From Eledone cirrhosa (Eukaryota): a DNA stretch of 64,000 nt. The stretch lies in the NCBI GenBank assembly GCA_964016885.1, contig OZ024757.1, forward strand, positions 43,772,001 through 43,836,000. The letters run 5' to 3'. Made by a program: the position numbers and the translations under genes. Shown here one piece after another: positions 22,538-37,578 of the stretch; position 1 is the first letter of the stretch, and every line of letters begins with the position of its first letter. The notes under the pieces were generated by a model, which saw nothing but the letters and a program-made list of their open reading frames with translations, ran no database searches and was not told the DNA's origin.

Positions 22538-22889
22538 TCATCATCATCATCATCATCATCATTTCGTTTTAAGTCCGCTTTTTCCCTGCTTGCAAGGGTG
22601 GGACGGGAACTGATTCTGGCTTGATTTCTACAGCTGGATGCCCTTCCTAACACCAACCTCATTTACAGTGAGTGCTGAGTGCTTTTTTGCCGTGGCACCT
22701 CCACGACCACTTTGCAGTGGAATGATATGGACCCCAGTCCCTATCATCTCATTTCTACAGCTGAGTAAACTGGAGCAATGTGAAATAAAGTGTCTTGCTC
22801 AAGGAAACAACACATCACCCGGTCTGAGAATTGAACTCACAACCTTTCGATTGCCAGGCCAATGCTCGAACCACTAAGCCATGTGCCTC

Positions 22890-22890
<1 letters not shown>
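22538..22890 (-). mobile_element. Same SINE (U4)
   Basis: Near-identical to 911-1264. Confidence 0.88.
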
Positions 22891-22923
<33 letters not shown>

Positions 22924-23946
22924 CACATACATATACATACATATATATATACATACATACATATATACACATACATACATACACATACATACACATATAC
23001 ATACATATACATACATAGATAGATATATATACATAATATAAATATACATACATACACATACATAAGCATATTCACATAAGTATATATACATATACACACG
23101 TATATATACATATACATACATACATATATACACATACATACATATATACATACATACACACATATATACATATACACATACATACATATACATACATATA
23201 CATACATATACACATACATACATATATATATATACATACACACACATATATACATACACACACATATATACAAACACATACATATACACATATATACACA
23301 TACATACACATACATATACATACATATACACATATACACTCATATATACATATACATACATACACACACATACATACATATATACATATACATACATAAA
23401 GACAAATCCACCTCATGGACGAGAATGCAAGGGCTCCTCCTCTTTGTTTTGGCCGCGGATGGCTAACCCTAACCCCATCCCCGCTCCCCACTGCTCCCAA
23501 CCTCCAAACGCAATCCAAAACTTCAGAGTTGGTACCATTAATGTAGGCACCTTATAGGGTGGCTCTAACGAGGTTGTAGAAATGCTTGAACGTAAGGAGG
23601 TCGATGTTTGTTGTATTCAAGAGACCAGGTGGAGGGGTGGGTCTGCTAGATTCATCGTGGGTAAAGAACGATGCTATACGCTTTTCTGTGTGGCAAATGA
23701 CAATGGGCTGGGTATACACATACCACCCCACCGCCCCACCGCAAAGTGGTCGTGGAGGCGCCGCGGCCAAAAAGCACCCAGCCCACACTGTAAAGCTGAC
23801 GTGGAGGTGCCACGGAAAAAAAAAAGAACCCAGCACTCACTGCAAACGGGGTTGGCGTCAGGAAGGGCACCCAGCTGTAGAAACCAATCCAGAATCAGCT
23901 CCCACCCCACCCTTGCAAGCATGGAAAAGCGGACGTATGATGAAGT

Positions 23947-23997
<51 letters not shown>

Positions 23998-25833
23998 TAT
24001 ATATATACACATATATATATACACACATATATATCAGTGTACATATATATATACATATATATATATATATAAATGAATATTTATTCAATTTAAAGCGCCA
24101 ATTATCTATATATAACAAGATATGAATTTTTCTAGGGATGGGGAAATTTTCAGTTTGGTTTTTATATTTTCACTTCATTTTTTACTTTCTATTTAATACA
24201 GTCTTTGATCCAATATAATCCTGACAGTATTTGAACCAGTTTACCTCATATATATGTATGCACACACAACACTCAAGTTTCGCCATCTACTGCTATTTCA
24301 TTCATATTTATTGTTTAATTAACTCTGGTCTAATTCATCAACTATTGTTAATTATATTATTACGTAGATTTCTTATAAAATCTAGTGCATATATACGTGT
24401 ATATATACAGGGAGACACTGTAATAGATGTAAAGAGAGTGGGAGATAGAGTTATAGAAGTAAAGAGAGGGGGAGAACTAAGCGGTAGATAGAGTAATAGA
24501 TGTAAAGAGAGGGTTAGAACGTTCAACTTGACAGTCAGTACAATGTTCAGCATGGTAGCCAGTACATATGCCAACTACCCAACCGGCCAGCCAGCCGCAT
24601 ATGCGGTTGACTGGCCAGTTGGGCGGTTGGTATGTGGAACGTTCAACTACGCAGTCAGTACCAAAGTTCAACATTGTAGCCAGTGCATATGCCGATCGCC
24701 GCGCCCTCTTTGCTCTATTTTAATGACCTGGAACTAAGTAAAAAGAGTAGGAGATAACTCGACAAGAGCGGAGAGGGTGAGATTCGAACCATGTAAAGTC
24801 GTTGGCTCCTGAACTTCGTAAGCGGGGCTGCTACTGACTGAGCAGCGCCGGCAGCAAGGCAAATCGCGCATAAAATAACGCTTATATCGACAAAAAAAAA
24901 AAAAAAATTTCAATGTTGCACTCTTGTTTGTTGTTCTTTTATTTTACGTAAACATTTCGCTGCTCTAGCCTCTTATTTCCTATTAGATTACACTTAATTC
25001 CATTAAACATTCATTCTAAGTCTCGTGGTAAACTATTTCATCTATATTTATATCGCTGTTACAGCCTTTTATTTCTACATCTATCACCTATAGCCACTGT
25101 TACGCCGGTAGTAACAAGAAACGATGATATAACTCCACAAAATGTCTTCTTCAGCAAGACACTTCACTTCATATTGCTCCAGTACACCGAGTTACACATA
25201 GACAGATACATACATACATACACAGATAGAAATGAGAGGTAGATAGAGTAAAAGATTTAAAGAGAGTGTGAAAAGTACGAGTTAGATAGTGTAAAAGATT
25301 TAAAGAGAGGGTGAGAGTGTGACACACATTTATCTGTCTATCTCTCTCTATTTTAACACCGGTCGTTATAATTAGTTTTATAACACCGCTATATTACCGA
25401 CATGAAAGAGGTAAATAATTATTTCTTAAATGTTTAGAACATGTTTCTCTTGTCTTCTTAAATGTATAGAACATGTTTCTTATTTATATTCTTAACATAG
25501 CTAGGACCTTATCTCATTTACTGGTCTCTACTTTTAGGGCTTTGCTGGTCCCATGTGCCCTCCATGAAGACACACTCGCCCCTTCTCTCTCAGTCTCCGT
25601 ACTAATTACTACACATACGTATATATATTTATTTTAAGAAACCTTAATGACAAATAATATAAAGTGTTTGTAAAGTGGGGAAGAGTAGTTTTACGGTGGG
25701 GTTGTTATATAGATATCGTTTTTGCAGTGGGGTCGTGACTGGCGTATAATAATGAGTCACTGTTGATGTATATACAAATCATGTTTTGGATATAAGTGAA
25801 GTTATTTAAGAGATTTAGTTGTTTTGTATACAT

Positions 25834-27800
25834 TCATAACGGTACGCGATGGGACCCACCCACAGCCCCGGCGGACAGAATGGAGAAGGCGTTTCCCCGG
25901 AGCACGGCAAGGGAGACGCGCTGGAAAAGCCACTCCAACTCGCGGGGCTCACACCTGCGGCTGGCCAGCTCAGCGCCTATGGTGGTGAGTAAGGAGGTAG
26001 CCCTGGGGCCGAGGACACCAGAAGTCTCCACTTCCAGGGGTACGACCGCAAACCTGTCGGAGAGTGAACGATATGTGAGGAGTTTGGCCCCCTCAGCCTG
26101 ACGTGCAGCAGAACCTGGGCCAGTCGCAGACTGCACCAGGTTGCGGCTGCAGAAAGTGTCGGTGCAAGTGGCATCCCAGACGAGGGGTTTGCCACCGCGG
26201 AACGGGAAGATGGTCATGCCATCTAGCCTTTTGCCGTCCCCTCGAGCTGGGAAGGGAAGCCTGCAGCGTCCAAGCCATGCTTAATGACTTCGTTGAGGGC
26301 AGCATGGCGTGGATTGCGGGTGGAGGCCGAAAGAGTCCATGGTGGAACGGCAGCGACATTGGTGTGAGGCCGAGCCTCAGGGAAACGCCGATGCGCAAGC
26401 TATTGTTGTCTAGCTGCGTGCGAGTGGAGAAGGAGGGCAGGGCATGGAGCCAGGCCCCACTGTGGGGTTTGGAGGCTGCACGAAAACAAACAAGGCGGTG
26501 CTGGTCGAGCTGGCACGTGAGCCTGTCTGAGGCCAGGCTGCACTGGATGGCATCCCAAGTGTGTTGGGGGGGACTTGACGTCAACAGGGGGAGAAGGAGG
26601 AGGAACGTCTACTGGGCTAAGTCCCAGCCGGTCCCACGTCTCACAGGCGGCCACGCGTTCTCTGAACACAGAGGGTTCTGTTGTGTTTTGAAGAACCCTG
26701 CTGAAGAGGACGTGGTACGAGGTTACCGACGAAAGATATGCCGGCAAAGCTAGTGAGATCGGGGACTGGAGGCGAAGGCCGCCATACCTGACAGGTAAAG
26801 TTGCATATCTCATCGGCTGCTGCTCGGATACAAGTTTAGGTGTAGCACAGAGTGTATAGAGGAGCTTCGGCATGGCGTAGCAGTTCCTCAGCAGAAAGAG
26901 AACTGGGTGGCCATCAATCAAGCCCAGTCGGCTCGTGAGAGTCTGGACTTGATGGAGGAGCGGATGGCCGGCGGGTGGATCGGTGAGGGCATCCTCTTTG
27001 GGGGGTCACCTGAACCTGGCGGAGAATGGACCGCACGTCCAAGACGGAGACTGCAAAGCTTGCAGCATCGAGGCTGACATTCACCACCTCCGACTTGGCT
27101 GAGTTGACCTGGAGGTCGATTCCCGCCAGGGCAGGAACCACCGATTGAAGGTCATGGCAGAACGCCTGTACGGGCCCACCCAAAGTAGCATCATCCAGAT
27201 ACCAAACGTTGAGAGGGGCCGTTATACTCCAGGCGATGTGGTCAATACCAAGGGTGAACAGGAGGGGTCCCAAAGGGTTGCCCTGTTGGATCCCAGTAGC
27301 CAAGGGTATGACCGTATCAGCAGCATGGCGCATGCTTGGGGCTCCATATGACAGGTAGGCAGAGGGGGCTCGGCTGAGGCAGGCCTCGAGCAGATGATCC
27401 CAGCGTAAAGAGTTGAAGGCATTCCTCATGTCAAACTTGACAATGAGGTGGCTGGAGGCCCTGGATGCCGGTTCCGAGTGTTACGGACTTGCAGATTACC
27501 TTGGCAGCCAGCCTCCGGAAGACATTGCCCACAGCAATGGGGCGTATGCCATCCTCTTTCTTCCTGAGAGCGGTGAGGCTGGCCGAAAAAAAGAGGCCTC
27601 GAGCATAAGAGTCCAGGGCGCCATGGATGAGCCTATTGGTGAGCGCCACAATTGCACTCAGAAGGCGGCGCCCGGCCTCAGCGGAGAGGGGAGATATCAA
27701 CTCCTTGAGGAGGCCTGGTCAGAGACCATCAACATCTCCGCAGCTGCTAGCTGGGAAGGACCTGATGGCGGACATGATGTCTGCATCAGAAGCCACAAGG
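25834..27800 (-). mobile_element. CRE-like retrotransposon relic (U4)
   Basis: Same RT/RLE motifs and lesions as U1 copy. Confidence 0.9.
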
Positions 27801-28453
27801 AGCAAGTGTGGATTACAATACAAAACCTCTGAGAATGATTTCTAAGATATTTCACCATAATTAATTTTCATCAATATATATTAATATTATTATTGTTTAT
27901 TAGGTCAGGTGGATTGGCCAGAACAATTCTACTCTTCTTTTTTAGATGTCACGATTTTTCATGGCATTCCTGAGATCATTAATCTCCAGCTGGAGATCCA
28001 GAGACATCTGATGTATGTAGGTGAACCTCAGTCATCCCACTTGGCTCTTACTATGTTTAGGTATCCACCACAGGAGCCAGCTCATCAGGTCATCCTACCC
28101 TCAGCAGCAATGTCCAGCATCTATTGATTTCCGCTCCCTAGTTATTGTGGTAATCTTCGATATCTGGGAATATATTTCTTCTGCTTAAGGGAGTAATAAA
28201 TATATAGTTTTAAAAAAAACATATATATACACACACATATATATATGTTGTCATTTATAAGAGTTCTCTATCAAAAGCCTTCTCTATGTCCAAAGCTAAG
28301 TATAGTGGCTTATTTTTCTCTAAGAACCTCTTTTGTAGTTGTCTCACTAAGAAGAGGGCATCTGTTGCACTTTTCAGCAGCACAAAACCAAACTGCATCT
28401 CATACACATACATACATATACATACATACATACAGATACACATACATACATAC

Positions 28454-28807
28454 ATCATCATCATCATCATCATCATCATTTCGTTTTAAGTCCGCTTTTT
28501 CCCTGCTTGCAAGGGTGGGACGGGAACTGATTCTGGCTTGATTTCTACAGCTGGATGCCCTTCCTAACACCAACCTCATTTACAGTGAGTGCTGGGTGCT
28601 TTTTTGCCGTGGCACCTCCACGACCACTTTGCAGTGGAATGATATGGACCCTAGTCCCTATCATCTCATTTCTACAGCTGAGTAAACTGGAGCAATGTGA
28701 AATAAAGTGTTTTGCTCAAGGAAACAACACATCACCCGGTCTGAGAATTGAACTCACAACCTTTCGATTGCCAGGCCAATGCTCTAACCACTAAGCCATG
28801 TGCCTCC
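28454..28807 (-). mobile_element. Same SINE (U5, U8-type variant)
   Basis: Near-identical to 911-1264; shares diagnostic substitutions with 48905-49271. Confidence 0.88.
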
Positions 28808-29810
28808 ATATACATATACATACACATACATACATACATACACACACATACATACATACATACACATATACATACACATATACATACATATACATACATA
28901 CATATATATATACATATACATACATACGCATACATAAGCATATACACAAGTATATATACATATACATACATACATATACATACATACATACATATATACA
29001 CATACATACATATATACATACATACACACATATATACATATACACATACATACATATACATACATATACACATACATACATATATATATATACATACACA
29101 CACATATATACATACACACACATATATACAAACACATACATATACACATATATACACATACATACACATACATATACATACATATACACATATACACTCA
29201 TATATACATATACATACATACACACACATACATACATATATACATATACATACATAAAGACAAATCCACCTCATGGACGAGAATGCAAGGGCTCCTCCTC
29301 TTTGTTTCGGCCGCGGATGGCTAACCCTAACCCCATCCCCGCTCCCCACCGCTCCCAACCTCCAAACGCAATCCAAAACTTCAGAGTTGGTACCATTAAT
29401 GTAGGCACCTTATAGGGTGGCTCTAACGAGGTTGTAGAAATGCTTGAACGTAAGGAGGTCGATGTTTGTTGTATTCAAGAGACCAGGTGGAGGGGTGGGT
29501 CTGCTAGATTCATCGTGGGTAAAGAACGATGCTATAAGCTTTTCTGTGTGGCAAATGACAATGGGCTGGGTATACACATACCACCCCACCACCCCACCGC
29601 AAAGTGGTCGTGGAGGCGCCGCGGCCAAAAAGCACCCAGCCCACACTGTAAAGCTGACGTGGAGGTGCCACGGAAAAAAAAAAGCACCCAGCACTCACTG
29701 CAAACGGGGTTGGCGTCAGGAAGGGCACCCAGCTGTAGAAACCAATCCAGAATCAGCTCCCACCCCACCCTTGCAAGCATGGAAAAGCGGACGTATGATG
29801 AAGTTGATAT

Positions 29811-29847
<37 letters not shown>

Positions 29848-31684
29848 TATATATATACACATATATATATACACACATATATATCAGTGTACATATATAT
29901 ATACATATATATATATATATAAATGAATATTTATTCAATTTAAAGCGCCAATTATCTATATATAACAAGATATGAATTTTTCTAGGGATGGGGAAATTTT
30001 CAGTTTGTTTTTATATTTTCACTTCATTTTTTACTTTCTATTTAATACAGTCTTTGATCCAATATAATCCTGACAGTATTTGAACCAGTTTACCTCATAT
30101 ATATGTATGCACACACAACACTCAAGTTTCGCCATCTACTGCTATTTCATTCATATTTATTGTTTAATTAACTCTGGTCTAATTCATCAACTATTGTTAA
30201 TTATATTATTACGTAGATTTCTTATAAAATCTAGTGCATATATACGTGTATATATACAGGGAGACACTGTAATAGATGTAAAGAGAGTTATAGAAGTAAA
30301 GAGAGGGGGAGAAATAAGCGGTAGATAGAGTAATAGATGTAAAGAGAGGGTTAGAACGTTCAACTTGACAGTCAGTACAATGTTCAGCATGGTAGCCAGT
30401 ACATATGCCAACTACCCAACCGGCCAGCCAGCCGCATATGCGGTTGACTGGCCAGTTGGGCGGTTGGTATGTGGAACGTTCAACTACGCAGTCAGTACCA
30501 AAGTTCAACATTGTAGCCAGTGCATATGCCGATCGCCGCGCCCTCTTTGCTCTATTTTAATGACCTGGAACTAAGTAAAAAGAGTAGGAGATAACTCGAC
30601 AAGAGCGGAGAGGGTGAGATTCGAACCATGTAAAGTCGTTGGCTCCTGAAGTTCGTAAGCGGAGCTGCTACTGACTGAGCAGCGCCGGCAGCAAGGCAAA
30701 TCGCGCATAAAATAACGCTTATATCGACAAAAAAAAAAAAAAAATTTCAATGTTGCACTCTTGTTTGTTGTTCTTTTATTTTACGTAAACATTTCGCTGC
30801 TCTAGCCTCTTATTTCCTATTAGATTACACTTAATTCCATTAAACATTCATTCTTAGTCTCGTGGTAAACTATTTCATCTATATTTATATCGCTGTTACA
30901 GCCTTTTATTTCTACATCTATCACCTATAGCCACTGTTACGCCGGTAGTATAAGTAGCTTTATAACAAGAAACGATGATATAACTCCACAAAATGTCTTC
31001 TTCAGCAAGACACTTCACTTCATATTGCTCCAGTACACCGAGTTACACATAGACAGATACATACATACATACACAGATAGAAATGAGAGGTAGATAGAGT
31101 AAAAGATTTAAAGAGAGTGTGAGAAGTACGAGTTAGATAGTGTAAAAGATTTAAAGAGAGGGTGAGAGTGTGACACACATTTATCTGTCTATCTCTCTCT
31201 ATTTTAACACCGGTCGTTATAATTAGTTTTATAACACCGCTATATTACCGACATGAAAGAGGTAAATAATTATTTCTTAACTGTTTAGAACATGTTTCTC
31301 TTGTCTTCTTAAATGTATAGAACATGTTTCTTATTTATATTCTTAACATAGCTAGGACCTTATCTCATTTACTGGTCTCTACTTTTAGGGCTTTGCTGGT
31401 CCCATGTGCCCTCCATGAAGACACACTCGCCCCTTCTCTCTCAGTCTCCGTACTAATTACTACACATACGTATATATATTTATTTTAAGAAACCTTAATG
31501 ACAAATAATATAAAGTGTTTGTAAAGTGGGGAAGAGTAGTTTTACGGTGGGGTTGTTATATAGATATCGTTTTTGCAGTGGGGTCGTGACTGGCGTATAA
31601 TAATGAGTCACTGTTGATGTATATACAAATCATGTTTTGGATATAAGTGAAGTTATTTAAGAGATTTAGTTGTTTTGTATACAT

Positions 31685-33651
31685 TCATAACGGTACGCGA
31701 TGGGACCCACCCACAGCCCCGGCGGACAGAATAGAGAAGGCGTTTCCCCGGAGCACGGCAAGGGAGACGCGCTGGAAAAGCCACTCCAACTCGCGGGGCT
31801 CACACCTGCGGCCGGCCAGCTCAGCGCCTATGGTGGTGAGTAAGGAGGTAGCCCTGGGGCCGAGGACACCAGAAGTCTCCACTTCCAGGGGTACGACCGC
31901 AAACCTGTCGGAGAGTGAACGATATGTGAGGAGTTTGGCCCCCTCAGCCTGACGTGCAGCAGAACCTGGGCCAGTCGCAGACTGCACCAGGTTGCGGCTG
32001 CAGAAAGTGTCGGTGCAAGTGGCATCCCAGACGAGGGGTTTGCCACCGCGGAACGGGAAGATGGTCATGCCATCTAGCCTTTTGCCGTCCCCTCGAGCTG
32101 GGAAGGGAAGCCTGCAGCGTCCAAGCCATGCTTAATGACTTCGTTGAGGGCAGCATGGCGTGGATTGCGGGTGGAGGCCGAAAGAGTCCATGGTGGAACG
32201 GCAGCGACATTGGTGTGAGGCCGAGCCTCAGGGAAACGCCGATGCGCAAGCTATTGTTGTCTAGCTGCGTGCGAGTGGAGAAGGAGGGCAGGGCATGGAG
32301 CCAGGCCCCACTGTGGGGTTTGGAGGCTGCACGAAAACAAACAAGGCGGTGCTGGTCGAGCTGGCACGTGAGCCTGTCTGAGGCCAGGCTGCACTGGATG
32401 GCATCCCAAGTGTGTTGGGGGGGACTTGACGTCAACAGGGGGAGAAGGAGGAGGAACGTCTACTGGGCTAAGTCCCAGCCGGTCCCACGTCTCACAGGCG
32501 GCCACGCGTTCTCTGAACACAGAGGGTTCTGTTGTGTTTTGAAGAACCCTGCTGAAGAGGACGTGGTACGAGGTTACCGACGAAAGATATGCCGGCAAAG
32601 CTAGTGAGATCGGGGACTGGAGGCGAAGGCCGCCATACCTGACAGGTAAAGTTGCATATCTCATCGGCTGCTGCTCGGATACAAGTTTAGGTGTAGCACA
32701 GAGTGTATAGAGGAGCTTCGGCATGGCGTAGCAGTTCCTCAGCAGAAAGAGAACTGGGTGGCCATCAATCAAGCCCAGTCGGCTCGTGAGAGTCTGGACT
32801 TGATGGAGGAGCGGATGGCCGGCGGGTGGATCGGTGAGGGCATCCTCTTTGGGGGGTCACCTGAACCTGGCGGAGAATGGACCGCACGTCCAAGACGGAG
32901 ACTGCAAAGCTTGCAGCATCGAGGCTGACATTCACCACCTCCGACTTGGCTGAGTTGACCTGGAGGTCGATTCCCGCCAGGGCAGGAACCACCGATTGAA
33001 GGTCATGGCAGAACGCCTGTACGGGCCCACCCAAAGTAGCATCATCCAGATACCAAACGTTGAGAGGGGCCGTTATACTCCAGGCGATGTGGTCAATACC
33101 AAGGGTGAACAGGAGGGGTCCCAAAGGGTTGCCCTGTTGGATCCCAGTAGCCAAGGGTATGACCGTATCAGCAGCATGGCGCATGCTTGGGGCTCCATAT
33201 GACAGGTAGGCAGAGGGGGCTCGGCTGAGGCAGGCCTCGAGCAGATGATCCCAGCGTAAAGAGTTGAAGGCATTCCTCATGTCAAACTTGACAATGAGGT
33301 GGCTGGAGGCCCTGGATGCCGGTTCCGAGTGTTACGGACTTGCAGATTACCTTGGCAGCCAGCCTCCGGAAGACATTGCCCACAGCAATGGGGCGTATGC
33401 CATCCTCTTTCTTCCTGAGAGCGGTGAGGCTGGCCGAAAAAAAGAGGCCTCGAGCATAAGAGTCCAGGGCGCCATGGATGAGCCTATTGGTGAGCGCCAC
33501 AATTGCACTCAGAAGGCGGCGCCCGGCCTCAGCGGAGAGGGGAGATATCAACTCCTTGAGGAGGCCTGGTCAGAGACCATCAACATCTCCGCAGCTGCTA
33601 GCTGGGAAGGACCTGATGGCGGACATGATGTCTGCATCAGAAGCCACAAGG
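31685..33651 (-). mobile_element. CRE-like retrotransposon relic (U5)
   Basis: Same RT/RLE motifs and lesions as U1 copy. Confidence 0.9.
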
Positions 33652-34307
33652 AGCAAGTGTGGATTACAATACAAAACCTCTGAGAATGATTTCTAAGATA
33701 TTTCACCATAATTAATTTTCATCAATATATATTAATATTATTATTGTTTATTAGGTCAGGTGGATTGGCCAGAACAATTCTACTCTTCTTTTTTAGATGT
33801 CACGATTTTTCATGGCATTCCTGAGATCATTAATCTCCAGCTGGAGATCCAGAGACATCTGATGTATGTAGGTGAACCTCAGTCATCCCACTTGGCTCTT
33901 ACTATGTTTAGGTATCCACCACAGGAGCCAGCTCATCAGGTCATCCTACCCTCAGCAGCAATGTCCAGCATCTATTGATTTCCGCTCCCTAGTTATTGTG
34001 GTAATCTTCGATATCTGGGAATATATTTCTTCTGCTTAAGGGAGTAATAAATATATAGTTTTAAAAAAAACATATATATACACACACATATATATATGTT
34101 GTCATTTATAAGAGTTCTCTATCAAAAGCCTTCTCTATGTCCAAAGCTAAGTATAGTGGCTTATTTTTCTCTAAGAACCTCTTTTGTAGTTGTCTCACTA
34201 AGAAGAGGGCATCTGTTGCACTTTTCAGCAGCACAAAACCAAACTGCATCTCATACACATACATACATATACATACATACATACATACATATACACATAC
34301 ATACATA

Positions 34308-34665
34308 CATCATCATCATCATCATCATCATCATCATTTCGTTTTAAGTCCGCTTTTTCCCTGCTTGCAAGGGTGGGACGGGAACTGATTCTGGCTTGAT
34401 TTCTACAGCTGGATGCCCTTCCTAACACCAACCTCATTTACAGTGAGTGCTGAGTGCTTTTTTGCCGTGGCACCTCCACGACCACTTTGCAGTGGAATGA
34501 TATGGACCCCAGTCCCTATCATCTCATTTCTACAGCTGAGTAAACTGGAGCAATGTGAAATAAAGTGTCTTGCTCAAGGAAACAACACATCACCCGGTCT
34601 GAGAATTGAACTCACAACCTTTCGATTGCCAGGCCAATGCTCGAACCACTAAGCCATGTGCCTCC
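34308..34665 (-). mobile_element. Same SINE (U6)
   Basis: Near-identical to 911-1264. Confidence 0.88.
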
Positions 34666-35689
34666 ATATACATATACATATACATACACATACATATATA
34701 TATACATACATACATATATACACATACATACATACACATACATACACATATACATACATATACATACATAGATATATATATATACATAATATAAATATAC
34801 ATACATACACATACATAAGCATATACACATAAGTATATATACATATACACACGTATATATACATATACATACATACATATATACACATACATACATATAT
34901 ACATACATACACACATATATACATATACACATACATACATATACATACATATACACATACATACATATATATATATACATACACACACATATATACATAC
35001 ACACACATATATACAAACACATACATATACACATATATACACATACATACACATACATATACATACATATACACATATACACTCATATATACATATACAT
35101 ACATACACACACATACATACATATATACATATACATACATAAAGACAAATCCACCTCATGGACGAGAATGCAAGGGCTCCTCCTCTTTGTTTTGGCCGCG
35201 GATGGCTAACCCTAACCCCATCCCCGCTCCCCACTGCTCCCAACCTCCAAACGCAATCCAAAACTTCAGAGTTGGTACCATTAATGTAGGCACCTTATAG
35301 GGTGGCTCTAACGAGGTTGTAGAAATGCTTGAACGTAAGGAGGTCGATGTTTGTTGTATTCAAGAGACCAGGTGGAGGGGTGGGTCTGCTAGATTCATCG
35401 TGGGTAAAGAACGATGCTATACGCTTTTCTGTGTGGCAAATGACAATGGGCTGGGTATACACATACCACCCCACCGCCCCACCGCAAAGTGGTCGTGGAG
35501 GCGCCGCGGCCAAAAAGCACCCAGCCCACACTGTAAAGCTGACGTGGAGGTGCCACGGAAAAAAAAAAGCACCCAGCACTCACTGCAAACGGGGTTGGCG
35601 TCAGGAAGGGCACCCAGCTGTAGAAACCAATCCAGAATCAGCTCCCACCCCACCCTTGCAAGCATGGAAAAGCGGACGTATGATGAAGT

Positions 35690-35728
<39 letters not shown>

Positions 35729-37578
35729 TATATATATACACATATATATATACACACATATATATCAGTGTACATATATATATACATATATATATATATA
35801 TAAATGAATATTTATTCAATTTAAAGCGCCAATTATCTATATATAACAAGATATGAATTTTTCTAGGGATGGGGAAATTTTCAGTTTGTTTTTATATTTT
35901 CACTTCATTTTTTACTTTCTATTTAATACAGTCTTTGATCCAATATAATCCTGACAGTATTTGAACCAGTTTACCTCATATATATGTATGCACACACAAC
36001 ACTCAAGTTTCGCCATCTACTGCTATTTCATTCATATTTATTGTTTAATTAACTCTGGTCTAATTCATCAACTATTGTTAATTATATTATTACGTAGATT
36101 TCTTATAAAATCTAGTGCATATATACGTGTATATATACAGGGAGACACTGTAATAGATGTAAAGAGAGTGGGAGATAGAGTTATAGAAGTAAAGAGAGGG
36201 GGAGAACTAAGCGGTAGATAGAGTAATAGATGTAAAGAGAGGGTTAGAACGTTCAACTTGACAGTCAGTACAATGTTCAGCATGGTAGCCAGTACATATG
36301 CCAACTACCCAACCGGCCAGCCAGCCGCATATGCGGTTGACTGGCCAGTTGGGCGGTTGGTATGTGGAACGTTCAACTACGCAGTCAGTACCAAAGTTCA
36401 ACATTGTAGCCAGTGCATATGCCGATCGCCGCGCCCTCTTTGCTCTATTTTAATGACCTGGAACTAAGTAAAAAGAGTAGGAGATAACTCGACAAGAGCG
36501 GAGAGGGTGAGATTCGAACCATGTAAAGTCGTTGGCTCCTGAACTTCGTAAGCGGGGCTGCTACTGACTGAGCAGCGCCGGCAGCAAGGCAAATCGCGCA
36601 TAAAATAACGCTTATATCGACAAAAAAAAAAAAAAAAATTTCAATGTTGCACTCTTGTTTGTTGTTCTTTTATTTTACGTAAACATTTCGCTGCTCTAGC
36701 CTCTTATTTCCTATTAGATTACACTTAATTCCATTAAACATTCATTCTTAGTCTCGTGGTAAACTATTTCATCTATATTTATATCGCTGTTACAGCCTTT
36801 TATTTCTACATCTATCACCTATAGCCACTGTTACGCCGGTAGTATAAGTAGCTTTATAACAAGAAACGATGATATAACTCCACAAAATGTCTTCTTCAGC
36901 AAGACACTTCACTTCATATTGCTCCAGTACACCGAGTTACACATAGACAGATACATACATACATACACAGATAGAAATGAGAGGTAGATAGAGTAAAAGA
37001 TTTAAAGAGAGTGTGAGAAGTACGAGTTAGATAGTGTAAAAGATTTAAAGAGAGGGTGAGAGTGTGACACACATTTATCTGTCTATCTCTCTCTATTTTA
37101 ACACCGGTCGTTATAATTAGTTTTATAACACCGCTATATTACCGACATGAAAGAGGTAAATAATTATTTCTTAAATGTTTAGAACATGTTTCTCTTGTCT
37201 TCTTAAATGTATAGAACATGTTTCTTATTTATATTCTTAACATAGCTAGGACCTTATCTCATTTACTGGTCTCTACTTTTAGGGCTTTGCTGGTCCCATG
37301 TGCCCTCCATGAAGACACACTCGCCCCTTCTCTCTCAGTCTCCGTACTAATTACTACACATACGTATATATATTTATTTTAAGAAACCTTAATGACAAAT
37401 AATATAAAGTGTTTGTAAAGTGGGGAAGAGTAGTTTTACGGTGGGGTTGTTATATAGATATCGTTTTTGCAGTGGGGTCGTGACTGGCGTATAATAATGA
37501 GTCACTGTTGATGTATATACAAATCATGTTTTGGATATAAGTGAAGTTATTTAAGAGATTTAGTTGTTTTGTATACAT

